DNA of 63,196 nucleotides, filler included, from Sluysia triapertura (GCA_046118255.1; 5 parts of 5 records of this genome joined end to end with filler, not necessarily neighbours in it); one strand, 5' to 3'. Counted from the first letter of the whole stretch, positions 13,900 through 28,452 are shown. Notes: generated from the letters alone by a model not told the origin. Program-made: numbers and translations.

Positions 13900-15750
13900 T
13901 AGTTTAATCGTAAACTCAGTGTTACCTTGAATTAATGTAATATAATGCACTTCTTGAAACACTTCTTCAATTGAAAATTATCTACACAAACCTTTCATAT
14001 TGTCAAACTTTAACATCATTTTAGTAAGTATAATAATAGACGCGAATCCGTAACTGAAACCAACAAATGAATCAATTAAATAGCTATTCTTCCGTATTTA
14101 ACAAATCCAATTAGTAGAATATTTATATTTCAAATCATTTTTATAATATCTAGCTTTATTTAATATCAATGACAACATTACTGTTTCAATTGATTTAATA
14201 TCACGATAACATCAACTGAAAAATTTCTTCGCGAAGAGTTAAACTGACGTCTCTAATATCTGTATCAGTAATTTTCAAATCTTTACCCAGAAATTTCCGA
14301 AGAACAGAAAAAAATAATTTATAATTTTTAGAATGATACCCAGTAATAGTCTATACCGTAATTTGTTGATTTCCGAGTGTTTGTTCCTTTTTTGAACTCT
14401 GTTTCACAAATACCAACTACATTATACAAAAATGTGTTTCTATGTATAGTATAATAATTTTGTTAGGTATTCGAGATTGAATACTGATGTTACCTAATGT
14501 TAACACTGTAAACTATGCATTCCGAAAAGATTGACTTTTTCGTATTTCTTTAATTACAAGGTGAAAATCTGAAAGTGATTCAGGAATATAGCTTTCTGTA
14601 GACTAGAAATCCATTTGAAATAACCATACACCGAGTCATAACTGAAGAAAATTGATTTGACTGAGTTAATATAAAAAGTTTTCCGCAGCACCAAGACGAA
14701 ACTCAATTCTTCATAGCTTCATTTATTTTTTTCAATTTCTTCGGCTGTCAAATCAACGAATTTTATTTCATGCACACAAAAAGGAAAATAAAGAAAAATT
14801 GTAACGACAACAATATAAACAGTTGCAACAATAACAGTAGTAGAATCGCAATTACAATATAGTATTACAATGACAACAGTTATTATATTTGTGATAACAA
14901 TTATAAAATTAGAATTAAAACAAAATTATAATACAGTTTAATATGACTATATTAGTAATTATTATCGTTATGAGAGTAATTATTATAGTGATGGTAACTG
15001 TGATAAAAATAACTATAACCTTATGGTAATTATACAACATGACTGTATTTATGTTTTGAAAGAATCAAGTAACTTGTTTAGCGTTTTATTTATGTATGAA
15101 ATGTTCATTTGTGAGGAAAAGTGTTTGTGATTGTGATGTGTAGATGTGCAGTGCACTATAGTACATAACCTATCACCTAGCTAATTGTCACTGTGGATTC
15201 TACATATATTATTATGACTTGATAAAATATTCATCTTGGATTCTAAATTTTTTATTATTCAGGACTTATGTAACGTAAGCATTTGTAAATTATTGTCATG
15301 ATTCTGAATTCTAGTCTTTTCAAATTGCAGTTTGTGATATTATTATCAAATTATTTGTGGTACTTATATTAATTTAGTTCTTATTGAATTTAAATAATGT
15401 TTTTATAATGTTTTAAAGATAAAAAGCTTATATTTATTTTTCTACAAATATTTTCTAATTATGTGACACGATTTATAAAAATATATTCAAGGTACTTTTT
15501 AATATTTTGGGAATTTCAAATATATTTTTTTGATGAACTCAAAATTAAAACGCGACATAAAACTAAACAGTGTAGCAACAATCACAAAATCATACAATTT
15601 AGTATTATTATTGGTGTTGTGATAAGAATTGTGATAATAATAATTGTAAAATTATAGTAATTATAAATTATTACGACTGTTTTTATGTTTTGTACGAATT
15701 GAGTAAACTGTTTAGTAATTTGTTTATGTAAGAAGTGTTGCAACAAAAAA
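13900..15750 (-). mobile_element. Fragmented CR1/L2-type LINE pieces (ORF1 C-terminus, APE endonuclease start, RT C-terminus)
   Basis: CIVYSVNIR and NVVGICETE resemble the APE N-terminus (14390-14520). NEH and W..GKLFI-like ORF1 ends lie at 14670-15110. 15160-15330 is a diverged copy of the L2 RT C-terminus at 41970-42150. Confidence 0.55.
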
Positions 15751-16823
15751 ATGTATGTTAGGTCAAAAAAACCACTAACGAATATCTAAAAGATTTGACA
15801 TCCAAATTTTATTCTAGTGCTGTGGACTTGCTTCCAAGACAATTACGAAGGTCAATAGATATATTTAATTCTAATAATCAAAGAATATTTATAGAAGAAA
15901 AGGATAAATAAATAATGGAGAAGTTAAGATTGTAGTGTTAATCAACATTTTCGAAAGTCAATTAGAAATAATCGTTTTTCAAATTGTTATGCTACTAAAA
16001 GAAGCAAGGCTGAAACAGGCACAAAATCTTTGCTGTATATGAATATTAACAGTGTAAATTTATCAATGATTGGTTACAAGATCGGCAATACATTATAATA
16101 CTGAATGACGATTGCTCATTTTCTGATTCTTTTTCAAATAATCTAAAATCTAAAACCCACATATATAATTAAATATTTTATACCAGCTCTGAGGAGCACT
16201 ATTTATGTTTAGGTTGTACTCCTTACGTGGTCCAACAGCAACATCGAATCCTTGCTTTCTAAAACATTATAGATTACTTTAAACTTCAAAGTTTAAATAA
16301 TATTTATTCGTTAAAACGTTGGGTATAAGCTTAATAGATTTAACAAAGTTTGATCGTTTGTATTAATATCAATATCTCATAACGTTTTATGCAATAATTT
16401 AAAATAACTCTTGAGTTATAGTTTCTACTTCGGATATTTTTTATATTTGTTTTTATTTTTTAGAGAATTTAATCAATTTAAAATAAATTAAACATAAAGC
16501 CGGCTTCGGGCCTGGCAAAACACGTATTAAAAGCCACTTCATCAACTTATAGTGCAATAGAAATGTAAACATTTCATTAATTCTTTTTTAATTGAATTAC
16601 ACTCATTTATCTTTTGTAATTATTTAAGAAAATTCTAAAAAAAACGAAATACAAGTAATGAAACTTTAAAAATGTTAAATAATAATACTGTTTTACGACT
16701 GATAAAAATGATAGTCCAAAATTCAATAATTGTTAAATAAGCGTTGTATAAATTAATATTATTATTACAACAATTAAATATTTTATTATTTTTAATAATA
16801 AAACGCAATAAATATTTAAAAAA

Positions 16824-17081
16824 TTAGACAAACCTTCTTTTTTTACCATCTTTGTGAAATTTTGAAATTCCCATTGATTTTAATACATTATCCCATTTAA
16901 TGCAAGTACTATTCTCATTCATTATCTCCGAATCTTGTGCATTACTATTGATTGGTTGTTTGATTATTTCATCAATTAATTCCATAGATAAACGTGGATC
17001 TTCAACATTAAATGATACACTATAAATTTGAGTGCAAGTTAATTTTTTTGGTTGCTCTTCTTCATATGCTGAATTTTCCAT
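16824..17081 (-). CDS. N-terminal exon of an SV2/SVOP-like MFS transporter (downstream exons not identified; possibly truncated)
   Basis: Acidic N-tail followed by IKWDNVLKSMGISKFH, which resembles the f-e-d-a-l-xx-i-G-f-G-k-F-h motif before TM1 of the SV2/SVOP/OCT families. Possible donor GATG|GTAAAA right after it. Confidence 0.45.
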   Translation of the reverse strand: MENSAYEEEQPKKLTCTQIYSVSFNVEDPRLSMELIDEIIKQPINSNAQDSEIMNENSTCIKWDNVLKSMGISKFHKDGKKRRFV

Positions 17082-20000
17082 ATTAATAGATATTTTCTTA
17101 TTAATTTTAAACCAAATAAATTATGATGTAAATATTAAATATTGGTTAGCACATGACCAATTAATTTTTGAAGTCAACTTTATTGAAATTCAATACTTTG
17201 TATTGGATGAGTTTAATATTAATTTGGAAAATTATTAAATGAAATTAATTTCATTTACGAATATTTTTTCAATTACTTTTATAAATTATTTTGTGTCATT
17301 ATATAAATATAGAGTTTGTATATTTCCAAAAGTTTTATTAGTATCGATAATTTAAATCGCACAATGCTTTTTTCTAAACAGAACTAAAAATGTTATGTTT
17401 CACTTAAAGAAATGTTAACTCACGGTCTTATTCATTGTATATTTTTTCAATGGATTATCATTTACTTTTGTACCTATATTCCATAAATTCAGATCATATC
17501 AAAGTTGGTTCAATAATTCAAATCTATAGCAGAATTCATTTATCTCAAAAATGTTACACTTTTTTCTTCTTTAATAAGCAAAAATCAAATAAGATATTAA
17601 TATCTGTATCTTACATTATAAAATAATTACATTTGCACAAATGTTTCAAGTCAAATTATGCAATTGGTATGTTTGTTCTCCAAAAATGAAAGTAATACAA
17701 AAACAATTTATAATAACATAACATGGATTCTGAACATACTTAAATTTTGATTCAAATCGTTTAATTCTGTACAAGTTTGAATATATTGATTCAGAAAATA
17801 TATCTTTTAAACATACCTTTCAAAATCAATCAAACAATAATTGACAAACCATACAATCATTTGGTTTTGGTTTCGAGCAAATTCTTTATAAGTAACAAAA
17901 TCAACTTGTTTTATTTTACTTTTTATAAGATAATTGTAACTTCAATTTTTAATGTATACAATTAATTTTTTAATTCAGAATATAACAATATAACAAATTA
18001 TGTTGTAGTTTAATATTTTGAATATAAAATTATTTTCATTAGTCTAATCTAATTTAAAAATACATGAAATGTATTCACAAAATAATATCATTTCGTATCT
18101 TTTAATAATTCATATAAATCATTAATTGCCTTCAGCTTTATTAAAAAATAATTTTAAAATTCTTTTCCAAAAAATTTAATTTTTAAATTAAATTAATTTA
18201 ATTAAAAGTAAATTTACAACTTCTAAATTTATCGTCCATTAGATTTAATCATTCTGTTAAGGCGTATAATAACAAATTTTCAATTTTTGTAATTTAGATT
18301 TGTAACATAAATCCACTATAAAGTTAGGCCAAATTAATAATCAAAATTAGTGAATCACGTTGATGAAGCTTATTATAAACATGATATAGCTTAAACATTT
18401 GAGTATAAATTTAATTCATGATCTAAATAACATTGATAATTCTACTGCAAGAAAATCTAAATAACTTTGATTAAACTAGTTGTGAACACTAAAATGGTTT
18501 TCCGAGAAATAAAAATAGATAAATTATAAGTAGATAATGTGGAAAACCGAAAGCTAACTATAATTTAACTATAAAAAGATTATACTTGTTCACTAGGTAT
18601 TTTTTATGTCTTCTAATATTGGTTACAAATATATTTTAACAATTACTGATTTATATACAATGTATTCTTGGGCTGTTTCTTTGAAAGAAAAAACAGAGAA
18701 GCAATGAAGAATTCCTGAGTGTTTATGATGTGATAAAGAATAAATGCTTTTAATAAAATATAAAAAATTTAAATTAAAAATTAAATTATAAACAGAAGAG
18801 TTAAACAAAAGTATTGATGATTGAAAGATTTAATAATGTGAATAATTTATGTGGACAAAATTGACTGGAAGCCAGGTTTGAAGGTAGTTTAAGTTATTAT
18901 GAGAATTATTAAATCTTCACGCTAATAATGTTTATTCAAGTATAAATCAAAACCAATGCTTCTAAAAATCATGAAATAAATCAAAAAATTAATCAATTAA
19001 AGAATATAAGGCATAAACATATAATATAAACATAAATATAATATAAACATTTTATATTTATATTTTGGATTGCGAGATGAGATAACGAGTACATTAAAGA
19101 GTAATAGTACGAAAATCAGTTAATGAAAACAAGGTAAATTTAATGTAAGTCAGGACAAATGAACAAGTTGTTTAATAAAAATATCCAAAATCATTTTCAG
19201 ATAACAAATGTTTGCGTAACTGTAATTTAATAAACAAACAAATAAAATTAAATAAAATGTGAAAATTTTATAATATAAAAAATGAAAATCCTAAGATGAC
19301 ATAAGGAGAAATATATTAAAAAATGAACGCTTTTGTTTCTAGACTTGGTAGAATTGTAAGGTCAGTTTATGTAAATATCCAAAATATGTAAATGTATAAA
19401 AAATTTTGTAAAAATTAATTAATGTTACTTTATTATTTAATGTAACAATGATTTAAACTTTATTGAAAATTATTTAATATATTAATAATTTAAAATTGTG
19501 TATAAATTAAATTATGAAATAAATAGTTGAATTGGAATTATTATTATTATTATTGTAATTATTATAAAACATTATTAATTAATTATTATTATTACTACTA
19601 AAAACTAGCTATTAAAAAACCATGAAAAATATATGTATTAATATTAAAATCCATTATTTGTTAGCCAATCACAAATGCCAGAGAAATAGAAAAGATAACA
19701 ATATTGTGTACAATAAATTTTGTAGCTTGAAGAAATAATTTTTTAATTATCGATTGGAATTTTTTTAATTAGAAAAAATTTACAACGCTATATTGAACTT
19801 TTGTAATTTCGAAGATAATCGTTAGTAATTTCTAATATATTAATTTATAAAGTTTAATAAAATTAAATTAAAATTTAGCAAATTTTGTTGCTACTATAAA
19901 GTGAATTTACGTAATATTATTATTAAATAATATTAATAAATTATCTTTCATATTATAATATTTGTTAATTTCATCTATAAGTTTTGTTTTATCTTTAGAT

Positions 20001-20417
20001 TGTACTTTGATTTTTGACTTTTACAATCTAAACTAATTGTAATTTATTGACTACCGAATATTTTAATTGATCATAATTTATTGACACTTTATTCACTAAT
20101 TTATAATTTGAATCATATTATTTTAACCTTTTTATATGTGAATATAATTAATTGTTGGTAAACTATTTGTCCATAATTTATAGTAACATTTGTCGTCTTT
20201 TTATGTGATTTGAATTTTTATAATTTTGTCTTTAAATTAAATTAATTACGCGTCTTATTTAATTTACGAAATTGTAAAGGTTTTGATTTTGATAATTAAG
20301 AATCTAAGTTATATTAAATTAATTCGCAAAAATTTTTAACAGATCTTTTTAGATTAATATTATATTTCAAAAAACATAAAAGCATATATATATATATATC
20401 CTTTGACCTTCAATTTT

Positions 20418-20478
20418 CCATATTTCTTACTCGCTGACATCTATGCGCTGGCCCTTAAGTGCACATAAAGGACTCACT
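20418..20478 (+). repeat. Short dispersed repeat, also at ~61852-61921
   Basis: TTTCTTA(C/A)TCGCTGA(C/T)ATCT...AAAGGACTCAC shared by both loci. Confidence 0.55.
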
Positions 20479-20878
20479 TTATATATTATTAGTTTTCAAA
20501 AAACAAATTTAAAATTCTCACAGAATTATAAAAGGTCTGTGATTGAACATTTGTTACATATTTAAAATAACAAAACCAAAACCAAAGTTAATATCACTGT
20601 CTCTTCGAAAGCAGCGTATGGTAAAATATATCTCTGACCCACGTCACTCTTTTCTTATATATGTATTCATTTAACAGATAAAGCATAAATTGTGGAACTA
20701 AGGTATAGTATTACATGGGTAGGACAATGTAATTGATTTTTTAAAACAATTAAATTAAAAATAGACTTTCAACCAGTTGCGTCAAGCTGCACATATATAC
20801 TGACGAACGCTTTAGAATGAGAGGATTGTGTTAAGGCTGAAAACGTGCCTATTTAAAGTTACATTTATTTATTTAGGA

Positions 20879-22549
20879 CAGTGGAGTCAAAGGTGCGGCC
20901 CAAAAGAGCTTGAGATGCGGCCCGAATCTTGATAACAATGTATAAAATAATATTATTGTTGGATTAGATTGAAATTTTAATTTAAACTATTTTTAAGCAT
21001 TTGAATATACCAGAAATACGAGAAGACAAGTTTAAAAAAATTAAAAAGTGAACTTAAGTCACAACAATCATTTTTTTAAAAAATCGTTTGAAAACACCAA
21101 AGGTCAAGTTCAAACTAGTTTCATTATTTCGAAACTTATATCCAAACGTGCAAAATGTTTCACAGACAGTGATTTTGTTAAGGGATGCATGTTAAAAACT
21201 TCAGAAGTATTCTTTTAACTATGAAGAAATTGTGTAGCTGATAGAATTAATGATATCGCTACTAATATTATTCAAAATCTTGAAAATAATTTGAGAAATA
21301 TTCAACATTTTTCAATTGCTACAGATATTACCGGACAAGAGCAACTTACTGTCTTTATTCGTGCTTGTGACAAAGATTCTACTGTGACTGAAGAACTCCT
21401 CGACATTTTATCTCTTAAAAACACCACTGCAGGTCAAAACTTTTTTGAATCCGTCGACGAGCTTTTAAGTAAGTATAATCTTCCTTCAATTAAATTAGTA
21501 TGCGTAGCTACAGACGGTGCGAAAGCCATGAATTATAGCTAAATTATTAGCTAAACAACACGATATTTCTCCCAAAAACAAATTTCAACCTGTTCACTGC
21601 ATCATACAAAAAGAGATACTATGTTCCAAAGTAATAAAAATGGAAAACGTTCTTCATTTTATCAAAAAAACTATACATTTTATACAATCTCGAGGTTCGA
21701 ATCAACGACAATTTTCAGAAATTGAAAATAAACATGATGACCTAATTTATTATACAGAAGTGTGTTGGCTTTCCTGCCACAAAATTTTGATGCGGTTCTG
21801 GGAACTTCGTAATGAAATCAAAACGTTCTTAGAAATGAAAAATCAGTCAGTTGAAGAATTTAAAAATAAAAATTGGATGCAGGATTTAAGCTTTCTAAGC
21901 AATATTACACGACATTTAAATGAGTTAAATTTAAAACTTCAGGGTCAAAATAAAGATATAACACATTTAAACTGAAACTCGCAATTTGGAAAAAACAACT
22001 AAAAAATTGTGATTTAGTTCATTTTCCCGCTTGTAAAAGTTATAAAGAATCGTATATTAATTGTAATTTTGTCAAATATACTTCATATTGTGACGATCAA
22101 GCAAGTTCCATTTTCGTATAATTGTGAAAAAGCAAGCAGCAAAGTGCAAATGAAGTGGGTAGAAAAATGTAACGAAGTAAGCATACTCGAGTTTTATTCA
22201 TATTTTCCTGAAACCTTAATGAAATGCGACTGTTTGCTTCAAGAATTATTGCGATGTCTGGAAGTACTTATTTATGTGAGCAGCTTTTTACTTTGCTAAA
22301 AATCACATCGATCGAGGTTAACTAATTAAGAACATCATTATCTCAAAACATAAGACCTAACATTATGAAATTATGTAGGGAAAAACGTTGTCAATCTTCG
22401 TCGAAACAATATTAAATTTTTGTACGTTTTTTATAATCAGTTTCTTCAATAAAACAAATAAAAAATAATATATAAATAAATAATACAAATAAAATAATAC
22501 TTTTTATTTATAAACTTCGATTTTGTTTGCGGCCCTCGTGACACCACTA
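20879..22549 (+). mobile_element. hAT (Buster/SPIN, GTF2IRD2-like) DNA transposon, internally deleted
   Basis: Transposase blocks FSIATDITGQEQLTVFIR, VCVATDGAKAM, HCIIQKEILC, YYTEVCWLS, WMQDLSFLSNITRHLNELNLKLQG, GSTYLCEQLF. TIR-like ends CAGTGGAGTCA / TGACACCACTA with subterminal GCGGCCC. The 8-bp flanks ATTTAGGA / CTTTAAAA fit the nnnTAnnn Buster target. Confidence 0.93.
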
Positions 22550-22885
22550 CTTTAAAAGAAACCGAAATAAAATATACAAAATTTGCACGGATCTGTTTAA
22601 TAAAGAATCTTTATAAACTCATTAGAAAGTAATCCGAAGTAAAATTTAAAATTTCAAGCAAGATTTTAATGGACTATCAAGATTTATTTTTAAAATTATC
22701 AAGATATCAAAAAACGATAATGTAACTCAAGAAATGTTTACTGTCACAGAATCAAATTTAGTAATTCCTTACATCCAGTAAACACATGTTACTACTATTC
22801 TTTATAATCCTATGGAGTAGTCGTAATGCGTAAGTCTATATAAACTATTTTATTGTTTTACGAAACATTTTCTACAATTATATAT

Positions 22886-22985
22886 NNNNNNNNNNNNNNN
22901 NNNNNNNNNNNNNNNNNNNNNNNNNNNNNTTAATTAATTAANNNNNNNNNNNNNNNNNNNNNNNNNNNNNNNNNNNNNNNNNNNN
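22886..22985. other. Artificial contig linker
   Basis: Same spacer as 11078-11177. Confidence 0.98.
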
Positions 22986-25015
22986 CTATTTTTATTACTG
23001 AAGATTATAAATTCTGACTTTTCTTCATTGATTTTCAAGTATTTATTTTCAAACCATTTTATCAATTCAGAATAGTATATATAATAATAATTAATTCTTA
23101 AAAATCATTGATACAGCTTTGGTAGTCACATGTAATACAAGTCGAGAGAAAAGATATTGACGCTAACGATTTTTGATTCTACATTAATTGTTAAGAATTT
23201 TTTGGATTTTCTGTGCTTTCAATTACCAGTTCTTTTTAAATTGTAGGACTGTTTGTGATCTCAAAGGATAATATTGTGGAATAATCTTTTCGGGAATTTG
23301 ACGGAACTATATTTAAAATTCTGTAAGTTATTATAAAATCGACTCCAAATCTTTATTATTGACTCTAGTTCAAGCTAGAGATAAAATCTCAAGTAATAAA
23401 CATTGAATTTTCTTATATTAGAATTTTCTATAAATTTTCTAACAAAATTTCTATAAAATTGTATATTAAATTAATTCTTTGCATTTGATATTTAATTTGT
23501 AATAAAAATAGAAACTGTGGTTTTTGCACTATTATTATTATTAATTAAACGATATAGGTTGTAGAATTGTTGATAAGTCAGAAGGTTATATTAAGGTTTC
23601 ATAAATTAATTAACCGTAGAAGTGTTCATAAGTTTAAACGGACACATTAAAGTTTTAGTTTCGTTATGAAGATTAAATAAATCCACATAGCTAAGTGAAG
23701 CATATTCAATATGCATAAAAAATCCCACGAGTACGTCGCCTTACGAATAAATCGTATATCGTAGGTGAACCCAGTAGTAACATGCATTTGCACATTAAGT
23801 AAATAATTTTCACAAAAAAACAATGCAGAATAAACTAAGGCCTTTTTAAGTGGTAAATTTCGAATTAGTTCTTTATGTTGTTAATTTTATGTCAATCTGT
23901 TGAATACATACTTTGAAAATTTTATATCATTATGGCTTCTTATCCGCATCCTATTTTACAATATCAGTCAATATTTAAAAATTATAAAAAATCAATAATT
24001 GCAAATTTAAATTTAATAAATTTAATGAATTATTTTTTAGATACATAAATTCCAGGTTACTCCAAATACCTGTTCAACCGTTCTTAGAGACAATTCCACA
24101 ATGACAACTTCAAGTTCACTACAACAACCAATTAGTTCCATAACAACCAATTTTGCTAACCACAAATGGTGAGGAAAATTAGTAAGTTTCAAAAATTAGA
24201 AACATAGACTTCATGATAAAAATAATGATACAACTTCAGACTTTGGTGACAACCATCAAACTATAAGTTTAGATGTTAGTGACGAAAATGTGAAATTGAC
24301 AAAATTTCCAAACTTTGTATATAAGTTAAGTGGCATAAAATCAAATTTAAGATAAATGAAATATTAGGTTGTTCAAAGATGGATAAAAAATAATTTATAT
24401 TAAAGATAAAATGATAAAAAATTAGTTATATGCATAGAAAAAAATCTTGGACAATTAAAATACAGTGTGGATTTTCTTAAAGATCTAAATTACAAAGTGA
24501 GCATCAAGCACTCAAACCTTGAATAATACAAAGAATGAAACAAAAATATTGACAATATAAGATAGTAGAAAATAAAAAATGAACAATAACTTAAAAGTAT
24601 TATTAAGTAACGTGACACAACTTTAACAAAACATACATGTAGGTAATAAAATGATTAAAAAATAAATAATTATAATATAAAATAATAATTACAACAAAGT
24701 TCCATGTTCATCAATATCATAACAAAACATTTGCGTGAAGCATACACAAAGAATTCAGAAAACCGTAATACGATATGATCGTATAAAGAATATGGAATAC
24801 TAGCAAATACAGCATGAGCTATAATGTGAACAAGAACATGGCCAAAATGACATACAATGTCAGCTACAAGGTCCTATATTGGAAAATATAACCAGTCATA
24901 ACAAGGCAATATGAGCAAGAGAAATAAAAAAAATAGTATGTAAAGTAAAAAGTTTATCACTCACATAATATTGTTTACAAGTTGAATCGCAGTAAATATT
25001 TAGGTCGATATTAAC

Positions 25016-25085
25016 ACATTATGAGCGGGGCGGGTATTATTACCCGTTTTATGTACTGTCACTTAAGAATACCCGCTCATAATGT
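25016..25085. repeat. 70-bp fold-back element / mini-MITE
   Basis: Perfect 14-bp inverted repeat ACATTATGAGCGGG ... CCCGCTCATAATGT with an internal CGGGTA/TACCCG pair. Confidence 0.7.
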
Positions 25086-27116
25086 CATTTCTAAAAATAA
25101 GAATAGTAAAATTCGAGTCATGAATGAAAGACTCAAATTAAATTTATACAATAACTTGATTGAGAATTACGAATTCTCCCAAATTGATTATAATGTGTTG
25201 TTCCTTGTACATAGTCGAAATAATGACTATATATCTACAATCAACTTATGAAATTTATTTTATTGAGTTTATAAAATTTTAAATTGTATTAAAAGGTACT
25301 TTATTATTATTCCTATATTTGTTACTGTAATAAAAATGAGTTTGTGGTTTATTATTTAAGATAAAAACTTTTCTATTATTCAAAGTTTAAATTATACTTA
25401 TTCTTTACTAAAGATTACTAACTCTTATTCGCTGTCAAATTATTCGTAAACTCTGAATAAATAAAACATTTGCTTTTAATTTTCTTAAAATTATTCTGAT
25501 TTAATTCTATAATCTATAACTTTTATTTACTAAACTATCTCAATCCTCAGTCTAACATCTTACTTTAAAACCTTATCTATCTGAAAAATGTAAATTCTCT
25601 TTCAAAGTCTCAATTTTAGTCAAAAACTAGAATGACTAAAATTTATTCCCAAATTTTATTATAAAATATTCAATATAATAATAAAAATAAAATAAATGAA
25701 AATGGTTTATTTTAAAAAACTCGATTTTATTTAATATTTTAATTTTAGAATATTGCACTGCTTGACCAGTTGTTAAGTTCAATGATAATCAGTAGTTGGA
25801 TACCTAAAATCTTTCTTTATATAGTATTTTTCACGGGCACTACATTATAGCCAAAAATTTATTAGTTTATATTTGTCATGTGGTTGTCACTCCTCCACAA
25901 AATGAAAAAAGTAATAATAGTTGAAATAATAATGATAATAATAATAATTAATAATGATAATAATATAAATAATTATTTCAATAAATTTAGTTTAAGATTA
26001 GGGCGTTATGTCCATAAATATTAGGGGTTACGCTTTGTAAAGTAAATATTAAATTTCACATTACGTTGTGACACCCGATTTTGATATAAATAACGAAAGA
26101 TTTCGCTACAAAAGATAAAAATTAACAAAATGACTTATTATAAAGCTACATAGTCCTGCTTATTTGGTTCAATTATAAAGTGTTTTTGCTTAAAGTGTTT
26201 AACGATTTATTTTGAACAGTTAAAAATTGTTAATGGATTTCCGCATTATCTAAGTCGTAAGTTGATTTTGTTAGGTTTTTATCCTTAGATAACATAAGGA
26301 TTAAATTTCTATTTAAAATCTAAAAAATTTTTTTTACTAGAATAACTCCAATATCAGAATAAAATTTATTTTGTTATTAAGAATAATCTCAATAATTTAA
26401 TTCCATATTATTATAATTTTCATCGATTTTGTACATTGTGTATCCGTAATGTTCATTGTTTAATTTATACTTTGTGCAATTTTATTTATTAAATTCATCA
26501 TAAAGTACAGTGTTTAAAGGCAGTATAAACTGCTAGAGATCTGATTAAAAATAAATCTTACTATAAGATATATTAGAGTAACAATTAATGTAATAATTCA
26601 CTATAAAATTTAAGAGAAATAGTAATATAAGAAGACTTTCGATCTAAGATTATTATACACATGCAACAAAACCTTAAAGTAAAATAAATCCTGTAACAAC
26701 GTCTTTCGGAGGGTTATATATGGTTAGTTACAGGCGATTCGATATAAATATATTTGTAAGCTTTCGCAAATTAGGAAAAAAACTTGCATATTCTTAATAA
26801 TCAATATTTTCCTATAATTATTTTCGTCATTTTGCGAAATAAATATTTTATGAAATGCGGGAATAAAATATTAAGGCGAGTTGATTTTATTGAATTTGAA
26901 TGAATCTTAATTATGTTTAAAAATTCTGATAGAAACTCTTATGACTGTGGCTTATACCGTGCTTGGTAACGCATTTCATTCATATATTGATGAAAACGTA
27001 TTTGGTATATGTCGAGGGTTTTATGTAATTTATTATTTTAATTATATGACAAAATCGTGTTCCTATTTTTTAACGTTATAAACTTTTATTTTATGATCTA
27101 ACTTACACATTATTCC

Positions 27117-27401
27117 TTAACTATAACGAATAAAATTAATTCTAAATTTATAACAAAATTTTATATTACACAATAAAATAACAGAAACATGCTTGATAAC
27201 ATCAGGGATTTTCTTAGCATCTAAACGATAACGCATACATATATCCATAACATTTGAATAATCGAACCAACTTTTATCAGTTATATTATCTAATGAATAA
27301 TTTCGTATTAGTGCCAAATTACTTTGTAAAATAACACAGTTTACTAAATTAATTGCCAATTCTTTTAAACATTCGCGATAAACTGTAGCTTTTGAACTCA
27401 T
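27117..27401 (-). CDS. Intronless orphan ORF (94 aa), part of the virus-like cluster
   Basis: ATG-initiated, balanced composition, closely follows the upstream degenerate ORF. Confidence 0.5.
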   Translation of the reverse strand: MSSKATVYRECLKELAINLVNCVILQSNLALIRNYSLDNITDKSWFDYSNVMDICMRYRLDAKKIPDVIKHVSVILLCNIKFCYKFRINFIRYS

Positions 27402-28370
27402 TAAATTATTTCTTCAAAAGATGAGTATAACTATCTATTATACCAAGAATATTGAACACATATATTGCTCCACATTTTCACATCAAAATCACAAACATAT
27501 TTCATTACATATGAACATTTTTCGCATAAACAAAACACTAAGTAAATTACTCGAGTCATTCAGAACATAAACACAGTCATTGTATATAATTATCATTAGT
27601 TATGTTTATGATTACCATAACTTCTATTATAATAATTTCTTATCATCGTAACTCTATCAGCATTATTAAATTAAATCATGTAATACTTTTAATCACACAA
27701 TTGTTATCATTATGTGTGTATGTATGTTTATTCATTTTCTGTATGTATGATAACTTCTAAGTCAACCCATCAGATCAATATTAGTAGCATAATTATCAAC
27801 CCAATTAAATAGTCAATAAGCACCACAATCTGCGTAAATACCAATCAATTCATGTTCAGTGATGATAGCACAATTGCATGTGACGTTTCAATTGGAAATG
27901 TTTTGTAATTATGCTATAAAATATTTTGATTTAAATTTATTTAAAGAATTATTTGTATTTTCTAAACATGAAACACTATTTGACTTAAGCACATATTGAC
28001 TTAAGAATTAAACAAATGATATTAGTGAAGCATAAAGTATCAAGTTATAAAGTTAATTTGCAGTTTTAAATTGTTAATATGAAATATGTTTTTCAAGTCA
28101 AAATGATTCAAATAATGTAACCTTTGAATACATTGTTGAATACTCTTGATGCAGACATTGAAGCTTTTATGTTTTCGGCAAAATAAGTTCAGATGAATCA
28201 GTTACATTCTATACCTTATATCCTTCATAAGATTCGAACATTTCATAAATATTTTCCAAATTTTTAAATGGCAAAAATTTATAAATAATCCAAGTCGAAT
28301 TTGCGATTTTATAATCTAAAGAATTAATGTTCTTATTAAACTATTTACCATAGTTGCATAAGTAATCCAT
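27400..28370 (-). pseudogene. Degenerate intronless orphan ORF (MDYLCNYGK*FNKNINSLDYKIANSTWIIYKFLPF...)
   Basis: One frame stays protein-like for ~210 codons with about 12 in-frame stops and no evident frameshift. Confidence 0.45.
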
Positions 28371-28452
28371 TCATGTCTATTTAATGTGATTTTGTAATTG
28401 AAACACTTTCAAAATGCAATATTTTTTAAGGTAGAATGACACGAAATAATTA

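Noticed and set aside
24040-24900. Decayed coding-like stretch (also 15770-16260, 36900-37370, 46600-46950, 62480-62900)
   Set aside because: Probably pseudogene or TE debris, but no recognisable motif supports a call.
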